A stretch of 64,000 nucleotides of DNA, taken from the NCBI GenBank assembly GCA_013265495.1, contig MU058289.1:1857451-1921450 (forward strand), read 5' to 3'. The translations under genes were made by a program, and so were the position numbers. This document shows positions 1-14,051 of this stretch, piece by piece. Under the pieces are notes generated by a model, which worked only from the letters and a program-made list of their open reading frames with translations, made no database searches and was not told the origin of the DNA. This DNA is from Vicugna vicugna (taxonomy: Eukaryota). Positions within the stretch are counted from its first letter, which is position 1, and each line of letters begins with the position of its first letter.

Positions 1-139
1 GAGGAAGGAATCTGGGGGGGGGGTGTTTCAAGAACTAATGATTCAAAACTCCCATATTTGGTGAAAAAATGTCCACTCACAGATAGAAGAATCTCAAAAA
101 CCCCAAACAGGATAAGAACAAAGAAATCATATTTAAAGT

Positions 140-3100
140 TTTTCTCCATAGTATCTTGCATGTGTTTGGTTAAATTTATCCCTCCATATTTTGAAGTTTT
201 TATTATGATTCTGAGTGGGCTTTTTTAAAAAAAATACTTTTTCTAATAGTTTGTTGCTGGCATCAAATTATACCATTTTTGTATTTTGATGAGATGTACA
301 GCGTTTGCTAAGCTCCCTTATCATTCTAACTTCTTACTTTCACCTTTTTTTATAGATAGATGATTATAATGTCCCCAGTCCTTTTAATTTTTTTTTTTTT
401 TTTTCCCTTATTGCTGTGGCTAGAACTGCCAGTACAGGGTTAAGTAGGATCAAAAATGATAAGCTTCCTCATCTTGTTTCTGACTTTAAAGGAAACATTT
501 CTGGGATTTCACCATTAAGTATAATATTTGCTGTTAAGTTTTTTCTGTCATTATTTACCTCAGTTTTTATAACAAGTGCATACAAAATTTTATCAAGTGA
601 TTTTTATCTATTGAGTTGATCATGTGTTTATTTTTTTCCTTTAATTATTTTTAGTTAATTGCCAATATATTTCTCTAGTGATAAACCATCCACATGTTAT
701 TGGGTTAAACCCTAGTTGGTCATGGTGGGCTCTACATTGCTTTGTTCAGTTTATAACATTGTATTTAGTATTTTTGTGTATAAGTTCTTGAGTAAGATTG
801 ATCTATAACTATGTTCTTTTTCAAACTTTCTCATAAATTCCTAGAAAAGTCATTAGCTTTTTCATCTCCAAGAGTATTTCTATCCCCAGGTTGTTCTGTT
901 TTCATGACTTCTTGCCTTCAATTTTTTGGTGCAATTACCTCTTAAAATTAGGAATATCAATTGGATCTTTACCATTTTTCCTGTTTCTTACATCTCTCTG
1001 TTGGACCACTGTAGGGAAATCCTAAATCTTAAGCTGGGGATTCCAGAGCCCAATATACTTCTTAGAAGTTTTAGTAACTGCCCCACAGTTCATCCTCATC
1101 TTCAACCCCTGAAGTTCTGAGAATGTATCATTAGCATTGTTCAGCTCAGTTCTGCTATCTGTCTACTCCTCAAATGAGATTTCCACTTGCAGCAAATTGA
1201 TGGCTAATCTCACATCATTCCCCAGTTTCTCATAGTGATGGGGAGTTTCCCGTAATATATTAGTCAGTAGATGTGATCTTGGAAATCTACATTTACATGG
1301 TGTTTGGCTGGCTAAACTGAGCACATGACACTGTTAGGGTATATAATCCATGTATTAGCCAGGACTATATGCTGCGTGAGAGAGAAAACCCAGTTCAAAT
1401 TACCTTAAGACAGAAAAGGAAATATTTGCTCACAAAACTGAAAAATCCAGGGAAAGTGGAACAGGTTGCTTTAGACATGGCTGGAGGCATGTGGAACCAT
1501 CACCTCAGTCAAGAGACTTAACAGTGCTATCCCCACTAGACTCCCTCAAACCACCCCTTTATAAAGACATTCCTACCCTTTCTTCACCATTCCCCCTCAT
1601 CTCTCCTGATGACCACTAATCTATTCTCAATCTCCATACTTATTTTATTTCAAAAATGTTATATTAAATGGAATCATGCAGTATGATCCTTTTGAGATTG
1701 GCTATAGGTTCATCCAAGATGTTGTGTTTCAACAGGTCATTCTTTTTTTTATTGGTGAGTAGTATTCCATGGGATGGATGTATCTAAGTTTAACTGTTTA
1801 CCCACTGAAGGACATTTGGGTAGTTTCCAGGTTGGAGCTATTATAAATAAAGCTTTTATGAACATTTATGTACACATTTCTGCCTAAAAATAAATGCCCA
1901 AGAGTGCATTTGCTGGGTCGTATGGTAAGTCTAGTTTTAGTTTTAAAAGGCACTGCCAAACTATTTTCCAGAGTGGCTGACCATTTTACATTTTCCCACC
2001 AGCAAAAATTTCTTCACCAGTATTTTCATTTTAGCTGTTTACATGTTTAGGTATATAGTAATATCTCAGTGTGGTTTTGATTTGCATTTCTCTAACAGCA
2101 AATGATGTTGAGCATCCTTTCATGTGCTTATTTGCTATCTGTATGTCCTCTTTAGCAAAATGTCTGTATGGATTTTCTCTCTCTCTCTCTCTCTCTTTTT
2201 TTTAATTGGATTGCTTGATGTTTTATGTTGTTGAGTTTTGAGAGTTCTTTCTATATTCCAGACACAAGTTCTTCATCAGATAAGTAATTTTCAAATATTT
2301 GTTCCCAGTCTGTATTTTGTCTTTTCATCCTGAATCTTATGCAGAGCAATATTTCTCATCTTAATTTTGATGAGGTCTAGTTTATCAAATTTTCCTTTAA
2401 TGGATCTTGCTTTTCAATAACTCTTAGTCCTAGATCCTGAACATGGCTTTCTATGTTTTTTTCTTGACATTTTATAAGCTTACATTTTACATTTAAGTTT
2501 ATGATTCATTTTGAGTTATTTTCTGTATAAGGAATGAAACTTAGGTCGAAGTTGGTTTTTTTGTTTTCCACCTGTGACTATCTAATTGCTCCAGCACCGT
2601 TTATTGAAAAGGCTATCCCTTCTCCACTGAATTGCTTTTGCCCCTTTGTCAAATATTAATTGGGCATGTTTGTGTGGATCTATTTTTATGTTCTCAGTTA
2701 TGTTCTGCTATGTCTATCTCTCTGCCAGTACCCACACTATTTAATTACTGTAGGTGTATAATGAACATTAACATCAGGGGGAATGTGTCTTCCCACTGTA
2801 TTCTTTTTCAAATTGTTTGGGCCAAGCTAGGGCCTGTGTCCTCCCATATAAATTTTAGCATAAGTTTGACCTCATCTACAAAAACTCTTAAGAATTTGAC
2901 AGGAATTGCATTACACCTGTACATCATTTTAGGGAGATCTGACGTCTTAAGTCTTCCAATCAATGAACATAATATGTCTCTCTGAGTATTTTGGTCTGAT
3001 TTTCTTTCATCAGCATTTTGTATTTTTAATCATACAAATCTTTTACATATTTTGTAAGACTTACATCTAAGTATTTAATTTGCTTTGAAGCAATTGTAAA

Positions 3101-6100
3101 TGGTATTACATTTTTAATTTTAGTTTCTACTTGTTCATTGTGAGTGTATAGAAATGCAATTGATTTTTGTGTGTTGATCTTGTCTCCTGAAGCCTTACTG
3201 AACTCATTTATTAGCTCTAAAATGTTTTGTTTTGTTTTTGGTAAATTCATTTTGATGTTGATTTTATGTTGGTAAATTCATGTTGATTTTACTCATCAAC
3301 AACATGTCATTTGCAAATAGAGAAATGTTTTATTTCTTCCACTCCAATTTACATGCTTTTAATTTCTTTTTCTGCGTTCTTGAAATGGAAGCTTAGATGA
3401 TTGTTTTGAAACTTTCCCTTTTTTCTAATGTAAGCATTTAGTGCTATAAATTTCCCTCTCACCACTTCTTTAGCTGCATGTCATAAATTTTGACATGCTC
3501 TGTTTTCATTGTTTTCATTTCCACTCAATGATATATTTTAAAAATTTCTTTTGAGGCTTTTTCTTTGATCTAATTTTTTGGCTTAGAGGTAAGTTGTTTA
3601 ATTTCAAAGTGTCCAGAGATTGTCTTATCTTCCTGTTATTGATTTCTAGTGTGATTTAGAGAACATACTCTGTATGATTTCAATTTTTAAAAATTTGTTG
3701 AGGTTTGTTTTACAGCCCAAGGTATGGTCTATCTATGTTTCATGGGTACTTGAAAATAATGTGTTCTGCTGTTGTTGGGTGAAATACTGTATAAATATCA
3801 GTTACATCCTGCTGAGTCATAGTGTTGCTCAGTTCTATGTCTTTGCTAATTTTCTGTCTAGTATGTCAATCAATTGCTGAGAATGGGATGTTAAAACTCC
3901 CCAACTGTAATTGTGAATTTGCTTATTTCTCCTTTCAGCTCTATCAGGTTTTGCTTTATATATTTTGAAGCTCTGTTGTTTGGTGCATGCACATTAAGGA
4001 TAGCTAGATCTTCGTATTGGATTGATTCTTTCATCATTATGTGCCTCTTTGCACCTAATAATTTCTTTGCTCTGAAGTCTACTTTATCTGATATTAATAT
4101 GTTTTTATAAATTAATGTTTGCATGATATATCTCTTCCATTCTTTATTTTTTAATTGAGATATAATGAACATTTAACATTACATTAATTTCAGGTATACA
4201 ACATAATGATTCAATGTTTGTATATATTGCAAAATAATTGCCACCGTAAATCTAGTTAACATTCATCACCACGCATAGATACAATTTTTTTTTCCTGTAA
4301 TAAGAACTTTTAAGATCTATTCTCTTAGCAACTTTTAAATATATAATACAGTATTATTAACTATAGTCACCATATTGTACATTACATCCCCAGGACTTAT
4401 TTTATAACTAGAAGTTTGTTTTTGACTTTTGACTACCTTCCCCCATTTCCCCCACCTCCTACCTCCTGCCTCTGGCAACCACCAATCTATTCTTTGTATC
4501 TGTGAACCTGATGTGCTTGTGTTTATCTCATTTTTGTTTTGTTTTTTAGATTCCACATATAAATGAGATCATATAGTATTTGTCTTTCTCTGTCTGACTT
4601 ATTTCACTTAGCATAATGCCCTCAAGTTGCATCCATATTGTTGCAGATGGCAAGATTTCATTCTTTTTATGGCTGAATAACATTCCATTGTATAAGTATA
4701 CCACATATTCTGTATCCATTAATCTATCAATGATTGCTTAGATTGTTTCCATGTCTTGGCTAGTGTAGGAACATGGCTGCAATGAACATTGGGGTGCACA
4801 TATCTTTTTGAGTTAGTATTTTCACTTTATGCAGGTAATTATGCAGAAGTGGAATTGCTGGATTATATGATAGTTCTATGTTTAATTTTCTGAGGTGCCT
4901 CCATACTGTTTTCCATAGTGGCTGCATCACTTTACATTCTACCAACAGTACACAGTGATCCCTTTCTCCACATTCTCACCAACATTTATTTCTTGTCTTT
5001 TTGGTAAAGCCATTCTAACAGGGATAAGGTGGTATCTCACTGTGGCTTTGATTTGCATTTCCCTGATAATTAGTGATGTTGAGCACCTTTTCATGTACCT
5101 GTTGGCCATCTGTATGTCTTTGGGAAAATGTTTATTCAGATCCTCTGCCCATTTTTTAATCAGATTGTTTTTGGGTTTTTGCTATTGAGTTTATGAGTTC
5201 TTTATATATTTTGGATATTAGCCCCTTATCAGATATATGATTTGCAAGTATTTTCTCTCATTTTGTAGATTGTCTTTTCATTTTGTTGATGTTTTCATTT
5301 GCTGTGCAGAAGCTTTTTAGTTTGATGTCATCCGTGTATTTATTTTTGCTTTTGTTGCCTTTGCCTTTGGTGTCAAATCTAAAAAACCATTGCCAATTTT
5401 TAAAAAAAAAATTAATGTTTATGTTATATCTTTTCCATCCTTTTATTTTTAACCTCCCTATGTTGTTATGTTTGAAGTGAGTTTATGGTAGGCAGCATAT
5501 CCTTGGGTTGTGTTTTTTATGCATTCTGTCAATCTCTGTCTTTTAATTTGTGAATTTAGAGCATTTATTTTTAAAGTACTTACTGATATGTTAGAGTTTA
5601 AGTCTGTCATTTTATTGTTTGTTTTCTGTTGGTTGCCTCTGATTCTCATTGCTCTGTTTCTTTTCCCTTGCCTTCCCATCGGCTATTTGAGCATTTTTCG
5701 AGTTTCATTTTGAACTCTTTATGATGTTTTTGAGTATATTGCTTTGTATAGTTTCCTTAGTGGGTGCTCTACGTATTACCATATACATACATAACTTATC
5801 ACAGTCTATATTGTCAACGTGTGACTACTTCAGGTGAAGGGTAGAAACCATACTTCCATTTAGACTCTTTTACCATCCCCACATTTTAAACATCATGGTC
5901 GTGTTTCTTCTATATACTTCAGGTGATATTGTAACTTTTTGCTTCAACCACAAAATGTAATTAATGAAATTCATGAGATGAAGGATAGTCTATTGTATTT
6001 AATTCTATTTTAATCCATTCTATTGTTTTTCTTTCTTTCTTTCTTTCTTTTTTTTTTGAATGACCCAGTCTTCTACTGTTAGTTTTTTTCTGTTTGAAGA

Positions 6101-7620
6101 TCTTTCTCTAAGCATATATCTGCAAGCAACAAATTCTCTTAGTTTCTTTATCTGAGAATGACTTTTATTTTCTCTTTATTCCTGAAAAATAGTTTCACTG
6201 GATAGAGGATTTGTAGTTGACAGTTCTTTTCTTCAGCACTTGAAAAATGTTGTGCCACTTCCTTCTGACCTCCATGGTTTCAGATGAGAAATTCATTGTC
6301 GTTTAAATTGGTGTTCTTATACAGATAATGTAATGTTTCTCTCCGGCTGGTTTTTTTTAAAGATTTTTAATTTTTTTTTTAATTTTCAGAGGTTTGATTA
6401 TGATATATCTTGGTGTTGATTACTTTTAGTTATTACTTCACATTCTTTTCAGTCCCACACTCTTCTCTCCTGGGACTCTGATTATATGAATGTTACATCT
6501 TTTATTATTGTCTGACAGAATTCTGAAGCTCTGTCATTTTTTTTTTTACTCTGTTTTTTGTCTGTGGTTGAGACTGAGTACATTCTATTGATCTGTCTTC
6601 AAGTTCATCATCTCTACCCTCTGACACCTCCATTCTACTATTGAGTCCACCTAGCAAAGTTATTTCCAGTTGTTGTATTGATTTTTGTTTTGTTTTGTAA
6701 TTTCCATTTGGTTGTCTTTTATGACTGCCATTTTTTTGCTAATATTTTAAACTTTTAAATTTATTTCTGGAAAATTTGTGTTTGTTGAAGCATTTTTATG
6801 GCACTGCTTTAAAATTGTTGTCAGCTCGTTCTGACATCCAATTCATCCAGGTATTGGAGTCGGTTTTCTTTTCTCATTCAAACTGATTCTTTGGAATGAT
6901 GAATAATTAATTTTTCAGTTGTATCCTGGACACTTCTGTTTTTATGTTATGACACTTTAGACCTATTTAAACATTTTAGCATATGGGTTCTATTCATCAT
7001 ATGTAGATATATGTAAACCAGAACCTATAGTATTAGTTCCAGTGATGTTTTGGTTATCAGAACCCTTTCAGTGGGATTCTGGTCTTCTAGTTTCATTCTT
7101 CTAGCACTGCTAGGGCTACTGCTCAGTCTCTGTTGGTGTCATCTGTTGGTGTCATCCCCAAGGCCACCTGGTGTTGCTAGGACAACTTCTTCAACTGGAT
7201 GGTCGGGGATGGGGGTCAGAAGCTGCTGGGCCTGGACCTTTTATGTCACGAGGTGGGCCAGCTCAGAAACCTTTACTCTTATTGTATGCAGGTGGATCAG
7301 ACCACCTGCCATTGCTTCTTTCATGGAGCAGGCATTGGGGCTTCCCACTAGGTCTCTTTGTGACTTTTACTTGGCCTTTGTTCAGGAACAGCAGACTTTC
7401 TTTTTCTTCTTTTTTCTTTTTTTCAATGCCTACTGCTGGTTCTGAATTGTAGGAATCTTTGACACCTAGTCCTGGGTATATAAGAGATAAAGAAGAAAAC
7501 TGGGAGAAGCCCTTATGTTGTTGTTCCTCAAATCCCTAACACCCCTAGCACCTTCTGCTTTCTGGCTTTAAGAGTCTTTTAATCATCGTCTGCTAAATAA
7601 TTTCCAAGATACTTAATTAT
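140..7620 (-). mobile_element. Nested, decayed LINE-1 fragments (old L1M families)
   Basis: Minus-strand ORF2 remnants: RT-region [25 protein letters not shown] (3026-3250), endonuclease ILISDKVDF...LNVHAPNNRASKYIKQ (3891-4172), ORF2 start MTDLNSNIS...LNSQIKRQRL (5458-5679). T-rich plus strand. Confidence 0.85.
4150..5396 (-). mobile_element. 5'-truncated L1MA9-like element inserted into the endonuclease region of an older L1
   Basis: L1MA-type 3' UTR plus the ORF2 C-terminus ([27 protein letters not shown]). Host sequence resumes on both sides. Confidence 0.75.
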
Positions 7621-7661
7621 AATTAGAGGGCAGTATTTTAATCCCTTCTTCTTTACCCCAT

Positions 7662-8140
7662 TGTTGAGAGAGGGCTTCCTGCCCTAGGGTTGTGGGGATA
7701 GTTGAATACACAACTGCTGAGACTGGGCAAATGAGATCAACAGCATTTTAATAGTCACATATAGTATAGCCTGAGGGAGGACACCACATGCCATGCGAAG
7801 TCAGGTGGGGTTTGCACTTGGGAACAGAGTGAACAAACGGGCTGCGGGAGGCAGGCTACCTAGTATCAAGAGGGTGGGGTGCCCCTTGGCTTTCACAGGA
7901 GAATGTCATTAGCTTGTTTGAATAATCCCATGAGCTGGTAGGGCATTGAAACCCGATTCTCAGGAATAAACAGGAACTGTGTCTGATCCCTTTGAGAAGG
8001 AGGTTATTTGGCTAGGGACCTTATCCGTGGGAGCAGAGTGAGGAGAGAACTTACAGTTATGCCATTGGAAGTCCTCCTGATTTTATCTGATGTCAAGGTA
8101 GCACCCAGTATTGCATCGTACCACCCAGGGAGAAGCACAG
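7662..8140. mobile_element. Probable ERVL-family solo LTR (subfamily uncertain)
   Basis: ~480 bp block with TG...CA ends and a composition distinct from the flanking L1. Resembles MER54/74/76-type LTRs from memory. Confidence 0.4.
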
Positions 8141-8639
8141 AAACGTACCATCTTTCTCCAGAACTGGAACTCAAGTTTTGTTTCAAAAACTCATGAGAAC
8201 TTTGTACTCTGGTCCAGGTTTCTTTCAATATAAAACTGCTCTTCTCTAGATATTGTATTAACATTGTGGGTATCTTCTTGGACCATCAGTATGAATCCTG
8301 AGCACAGTGCATGCAGCTTGGGATGACATAGAAAATGCTATTTAAATTATGTCTTTCTTGAAATAGCTGAATCAAAAAGTAATATAACCATATTACAGAT
8401 AATTTGGGAAATATGGAAAAGGAAAAAAACCTTCACAATTTTAACCTACAATTACACCAATGATAATTTTAGTATAACTTCTACAGTCTTTTTCCCACGC
8501 CAAATTTGAAACTGTAAATATAGAATGTATATAGTTTGTTCATCTGCTTTTTTTAATGCTCGATTTTTTTTTTAATCAAAGTTCTTCTATCTCTCTTTTT
8601 TGCCTTAACAATTCAGGCCAAAACGTATTAGTTGGGGCT

Positions 8640-10600
8640 GAGCCAGGGAGGAAGCTACAGTGGTCCAAAGGGCACCCTGAGAAGTGAGAAGGACATCTGC
8701 AGAGGAGAGTAGTTCAGTGCAGGATGGGGGTGTCTGAACCCGTGCTGGATGAGGGGAACATCTGTGCGTGGGTGTCACCAGCACAGGTGTCGGTGCCCAA
8801 GGAGGATGAGCGAGTCACCTGAGGGTTTAGGGGGTGGGCAATGACTGGATGCTTTAAGGCTATGGGAGCTGTGTTTCTCACTGTTGGAAAAGGGAGAACA
8901 CTAGACTGAAATGTGTGGTGTTAGGCTGGAATTGGAATTACTGGTAAGAATTCATTATTTTCTCTCTCTATAGAGATTAGAGGCATAAAAGCATGAGTGT
9001 CCATGTATATGCACACACATACATTCCCTGGCATTGGCCACTGAGAGGGTCTTGGAGAAGTGACACCCCAATAGCAATGAGTACACCTGGCCTTGTATCT
9101 TGATTTCTAAATACTATTCTCCATTGAAAAAAAAAAAAAGGATTCCTTGCAGGAAGGGACTGGAGCAGGAAAAATACAAGATGACCTTGTTATGCCAGGA
9201 AGCAAGGAGGTACTAAAAAACTTAATGAGGATATGTCAAAAGAATATGAAAGCCAGCATAGAGAGGCTCCTATGGGCCAAATCTGGGGCAACTGGAGCAT
9301 CTAAATAAATAAACAGATTATGACCCAATGAATAGAATAGAAATGGATGAATCACTGACATAAACAGATAAATGACTAGATGGAAAATTCCATGAAGAAT
9401 AGGGTATTACATGGTTTCAAGGTACTATGCATTACAAAAAGGAAAGGAATAACTTTATGGAGGAGAAACCTGGCAGATACCACCTTAATCTAATGATCAA
9501 AGGGAACATCATCAGGAATAGGACAAATAGAAATCACGTGCCACCCGCTAGGATGCAGGGAAAAGAACAGAAATACCTTTCTGGGATATTCCAGCCAAAG
9601 ATGCATACCCTGAATATTTTTTAATTAAAGTGAAATTCACATAACACAAACATCATTTTAAGGTGAACAATTCAGTGCCATTTAGTACATTCACAATGTT
9701 GTGCGACTACCACCTTTATCTAGTTCCAAAATGTTTTCATTACTCCAAAATAAACTCCCCTACTCATTAAGCAGCTACTCCCTATTAACCCTTCCCCTCA
9801 GCCTCTGGAAACTACTAATCAACTTTTGGTCTCTACAGATTTACCTATTCTGGGTATTTCATATAAATATAATCATATAATACATGACCCTTTGTGTCTG
9901 GCTTCTTTCACAGTACATAGTGCTTTTGAAGTTCATTCATGTTGTAGCTTACATCAGAACCTCATTCCTTTTCATGGCTGAATAATATTCCATTGTATGG
10001 ATATACTGCCTTTGGTTTATCTATTCATTCACTGGTGGATTGATGGATTTGGGTTGTTTTCTCCTACTGGCTAGTGTGAATAGTGCTTTACAAGTATTTG
10101 TTTGGTTGTCCTTTTGCAATTTTTTTGAGTATATACCTAGGAGTAGAATTGCTGAATCACATATCCTACTCTTAACATGAGAAAATATCAGCAAGCCCAA
10201 ACTGAGGGACATTCTACAAAAGAACTGGTTTGTAATCAGCAAAAAAAACTAAGGACATGAAAGTTAGGGAAAGATGGGGGAAATTTCCCAGATGGAAGAA
10301 CTAAAGAGACATGTCTGCTAAATGTAACACATGATCCTGGACTGATTGCCTTGCTATTACGGATGCTACCATCCGTGAAACTGAATGGGTCAGAGGAGTA
10401 ACGTATCACTGTACTTTCCTGATGATGGTGACCGTGTGGTGGTTATATAGGAGAACATCCCTGTTTGTAGAAAACACACACTAGTATTTGGGGGTGATGG
10501 AACAGCATGTCAACAAGTTATCATGAAATGGTTCATCAAAAAAACAAAGTTTTGAATGGTGCTTGCAACTTTTCTGTGGATTTAGGATTGTTTCAAAATG
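8640..10600 (+). mobile_element. L1MC-like 3' region interrupted by an opposite-strand L1MB-like fragment (~9617-10165)
   Basis: Characteristic GGAGAAACCTGGCAGATACCACCTTAA and CCCAAACTGAGGGACATTCTACAAA segments sit on either side of a T-rich L1 3' end. Confidence 0.65.
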
Positions 10601-10639
10601 AATTTTAGATATTTGATAAATTTTCCCTCAAGGGTTGTC

Positions 10640-12860
10640 ATTTTTGTTTCCAATTTTCTCCTGTTCTCTCTTGAATATATTCCATTCTCATTGCATTGAT
10701 AGGGTTAGTGGTAATGTCACCAATGAGCTCCATGCTGCTGAATCCAGCAGTCAAGCCCGAGGCTGCACCTTACTTGCCTCATCTGGCAGGTTGCTCTCTT
10801 CCTCCTCACTCAGCCTCCTGACCTTCCTCCCACCTTGCTGGCTGCTCCTTCTCGGACTTCTCTGCTAATCCCTCTTATCTCTCCTAACTTCTAGACACTG
10901 GGTGCCCAGGGCTCAGTCCTGGGGTCTCTTCCCTTTTCTTTCTACTCTCACTCCCTTGGAGACTTCATCTAGTCTTGGCTTTACCTACTACCTATCTGAT
11001 GACCCTCCAGCTTCTAGCTGCAGCCTGGACTCCTTCCTGAGTTCCCCACTTGTGTACTGGACCATCTGCCTGCTCCCCACCTCCACTTATATGTCTGACA
11101 GGCATCTCAACTCGACATGTCCAAACCGGAGCTCCCAGCCTTCTGTATATTGCTTTCCCTGCAACAATCTTCCTCATCCCAGTAAAAGGCAACTCCATCC
11201 TTCCTTTGCTAAGGGCAAAAACATCACCTTGAAATCACCCTAGATGCCTTACTGTCTCTCATATCCCATATCTGAACAGGCAGCAGATCATATTGGCGCT
11301 TCTTTTGAAGTATATCCAGAATCTGTCCACCTCTAACCATCTCCACTGTTTCTACCCTGCTCCAAGCCCCCTGCATCACTCCTCTGACCTATTCCAATAG
11401 CATCTAACCAGTCTCTTTGCCTCTCCCTTTGCCCCCTTCAGTCTGTGCTACTCCTCTGATGATCACTCTGCAGTGGATGCTCATTCACCCTCATAAAAGC
11501 CCAAGTCCTAATAATGGCCCATAGGGTATCTTAGACAGAGATGCTGTAGAACCTGATGCTGAGACAAGAGCTTGAGTACAAGTATGGGGAGAGAAACAGA
11601 GAAGTGAGACAGGGAAAGGAAGGAAGTCAATACAGGGTGTGTTAATAAGTGAGTTACCACTATGGGCATGAGAGCTCTGTGGTTCTGGGGACCACTGGAA
11701 GGTTCAATGCGATTGTCAAACGCAAGAAGCAAAGCACCTGGGTATTTATTCACCAACTCCCTGTTGGTTGAAGGCTACTCGCAGGCCTCTGGCCTGCCCT
11801 GCGGCACTTCTGTGGCCAGAAGCGGGCCCCAGACAGACAGCTGCAGAGGCAGAAGGAAGCCATAGGGTCTGTGTGCATCCAGTGGGCACTCAGGGGATAT
11901 AGGTGGGGCCCTGGCAGCACTTTCTTCAAAAGCCCTACATGACCTGACTTCTGTCCTACCCCAGGTACCCCTGTGACCTCACCTCCTGCCACTCCTCACT
12001 CCCTTACCTACTCTAGGTACATAAGCTTCCTTCGTGCTATTTCTTAAGCAAATCACACATGCTTCTACCACAGGGCCTTTGCACTTACAGCCATCTTGCC
12101 CAAAGTGCTCTTCCATCAGGTATCTGTGTGTCTCCTGCCTTACCTTCTTTGGTGCTTTATCTAAATGTCACCAGCTCAGCAAGGCCTTCCTGGGAAAACA
12201 ACTAGCAGTCTCCAGCTAGGACAACCTAATGAGAGTTGAATAAAGTACTATTTGCAGAGGTGTGGGCAGGGTATGGGGAAACCAGAAGGGGTGGTGAGTC
12301 CCCCTGGGGCTAGTAATGGCAGCCATAGTTAACCATCCCTAGGTCTGAAAGGGCAAGGAAAGGGAGGTGTTCTCTGAGCCTGGTGGGCTGTAAGGGAAGA
12401 TTCCTGATAGGGGCTAAGACCTTTGGAGGAGGGATGAGGGATGCTGACCTCAGTGACATTCTGCTCTCCAGTCTCCTGAAAATGTTACCTACTAGTTATG
12501 ACCAAAAGGAAGCCAGAGAGTAAGGAAATTCCTTTATGCTGTTGACAGATGTTCGCCACCAGGCACAGAGCAGGAAAAGAGGGGCAAATGGTAGATGTCC
12601 AGCACACTGACCGAAATGGCAATACACACATACCACCTAGCCTCTTCTCTGCTTTATTTTCCCCCTTAGTGCTAAGCACTGTCTAACCGATGATACATTT
12701 GGCTTCTTTATTTTGTTTACTCTTCATCTCACTCTACTGGAGCATAAACTCTACAAGGTCAGGGATTTTTGTCTTCTTCATTCACTGCTGGATCCCAACA
12801 GTACCTAAATTAGTGCCAGGCACGTAGCTTGTGTTCAATAAATAGTTTTTGAGTGGATCA
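10640..12860 (+). mobile_element. LINE-2 remnant interrupted by LTR insertions
   Basis: Pyrimidine-rich L2-like sequence ending in the L2 tail AGTGCCAGGCACGTAG...TTCAATAAATA. Confidence 0.7.
11526..11920 (-). mobile_element. LTR16C-like ERVL solo LTR
   Basis: CTGAGACAAG...GAAGTGAGACAGGGAAAGGAAGGAAGTCAATACAGGGTGTGTTA...GTTACCACT matches the recalled LTR16C pattern. Confidence 0.6.
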
Positions 12861-12874
12861 GATTGCTACCTAGC

Positions 12875-13316
12875 TGAGGCAGACAGAATGATGCCCCCAA
12901 ATATGTCTGCATCCTAAACCTAGGAATCTGTGAATGCGGCAGATTACATGGCAAAGGGTTGCAGATGGAATTAAGGTTTATCAGTTGATCTTAAAATAGT
13001 GAGATTATCCTGGATTATCTGGGTGTGCCCAATGTAATCACAAGTCCAGAAGAGTCAGAGTCAGAAGCTTTTGGCTTTGAAGATGCAGCAAGGGGCCACG
13101 AGCCAAAGAATGTGGGCAGCCTCTAGGATCTGGAAAAGGCAAGGAAACAGACTCTCCCCTAGAGCCACCAGAAAGGAATGCAGCTCTGCTGACACCTTGA
13201 TTTTAACTTGGTGAGGCCCATTTTAGCCTCCTGATCTCTAGAACTGTATGATGATAAATTTGTCTTGTTTTAAATCATTATGTAATAAGCCACAGCAGTG
13301 ATATGAAAGTAATACA
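12875..13316 (+). mobile_element. MLT1D-like MaLR solo LTR
   Basis: TG...CA ends with a perfect 5-bp TSD CTAGC (12870-12874 and 13317-13321). Internal GAGATTATCCTGGATTATCTGGGTG. Confidence 0.85.
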
Positions 13317-13341
13317 CTAGCTTCTAGGTTTTTTTAGGTTC

Positions 13342-13482
13342 TTCTGTTTTGTTTTGTTTTTTTGGAGAGGAAGGTAATCAGGTTTACTTATTTATTTATT
13401 TTTAGAGGGGGTGCTGGGGATTGAACCCAGGACCTTGTGCATACTAAGCATGCACTCTGCCACTTGAGCTATACCCTCCCCC
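13342..13482 (-). mobile_element. tRNA-Ala-derived SINE (Vic-1-like, camelid)
   Basis: Minus strand GGGGGAGGGTATAGCTCAAGTGG...GGTTCAATCCCC...AAACCTGATTACC plus an A-rich tail. Confidence 0.85.
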
Positions 13483-13877
13483 TCTAGCCGCTGTTTGTAA
13501 TGACAGGAGCACAGGCTCCTGAGCCAATGGGGCTGCTCTTCTGGTCTTTGTTAGCAGTGGGACCTTACACCTTTCCTTTTCTCTGTAAATAAGGCTACTT
13601 GTTGTTCCTTCATCCCAGATGTGGTTTAAGGAGTTGGTAAGCTGATGCGTGAAAGGCACATGGCTCAGAGCCTGGCCTCCAGTAACCCCTCTACTTGATC
13701 AAGGGCCCTGCAGGTGCCTGGCAGCCTGTAGACAATACATGTTTCTGGAAGGAGAAATACATTTCATCAAATGATGTTCCATAATAGACTTCATCTTTCC
13801 TCTGGTTTTAGGACATTGAGGTTCCCCCCATTTATTCTTTTCTTTTCGTTCTCTCTTTGTTTCTTTTTTAATATGAC

Positions 13878-14051
13878 TTTGTTTTGTTTTGTTGTTTTTG
13901 CTTTTGGTTTCTTTTGGTTTGTTTGTTTGGGGGGAGGTAATTAGGTTTATTTGTTTGTTTATTTTAACATAGTTACTGGGGATTGAACCCAGGACCTCAT
14001 GCACGCTAAGTGCGCTCACTACCACTGAGCTATATTGCTATATCCTCCCCC
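13878..14051 (-). mobile_element. tRNA-Ala-derived SINE (Vic-1-like, camelid)
   Basis: Same A box, B box and AAACCTAATTACCTCCCCCC body, with an A-rich tail and a degenerate TSD. Confidence 0.85.
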
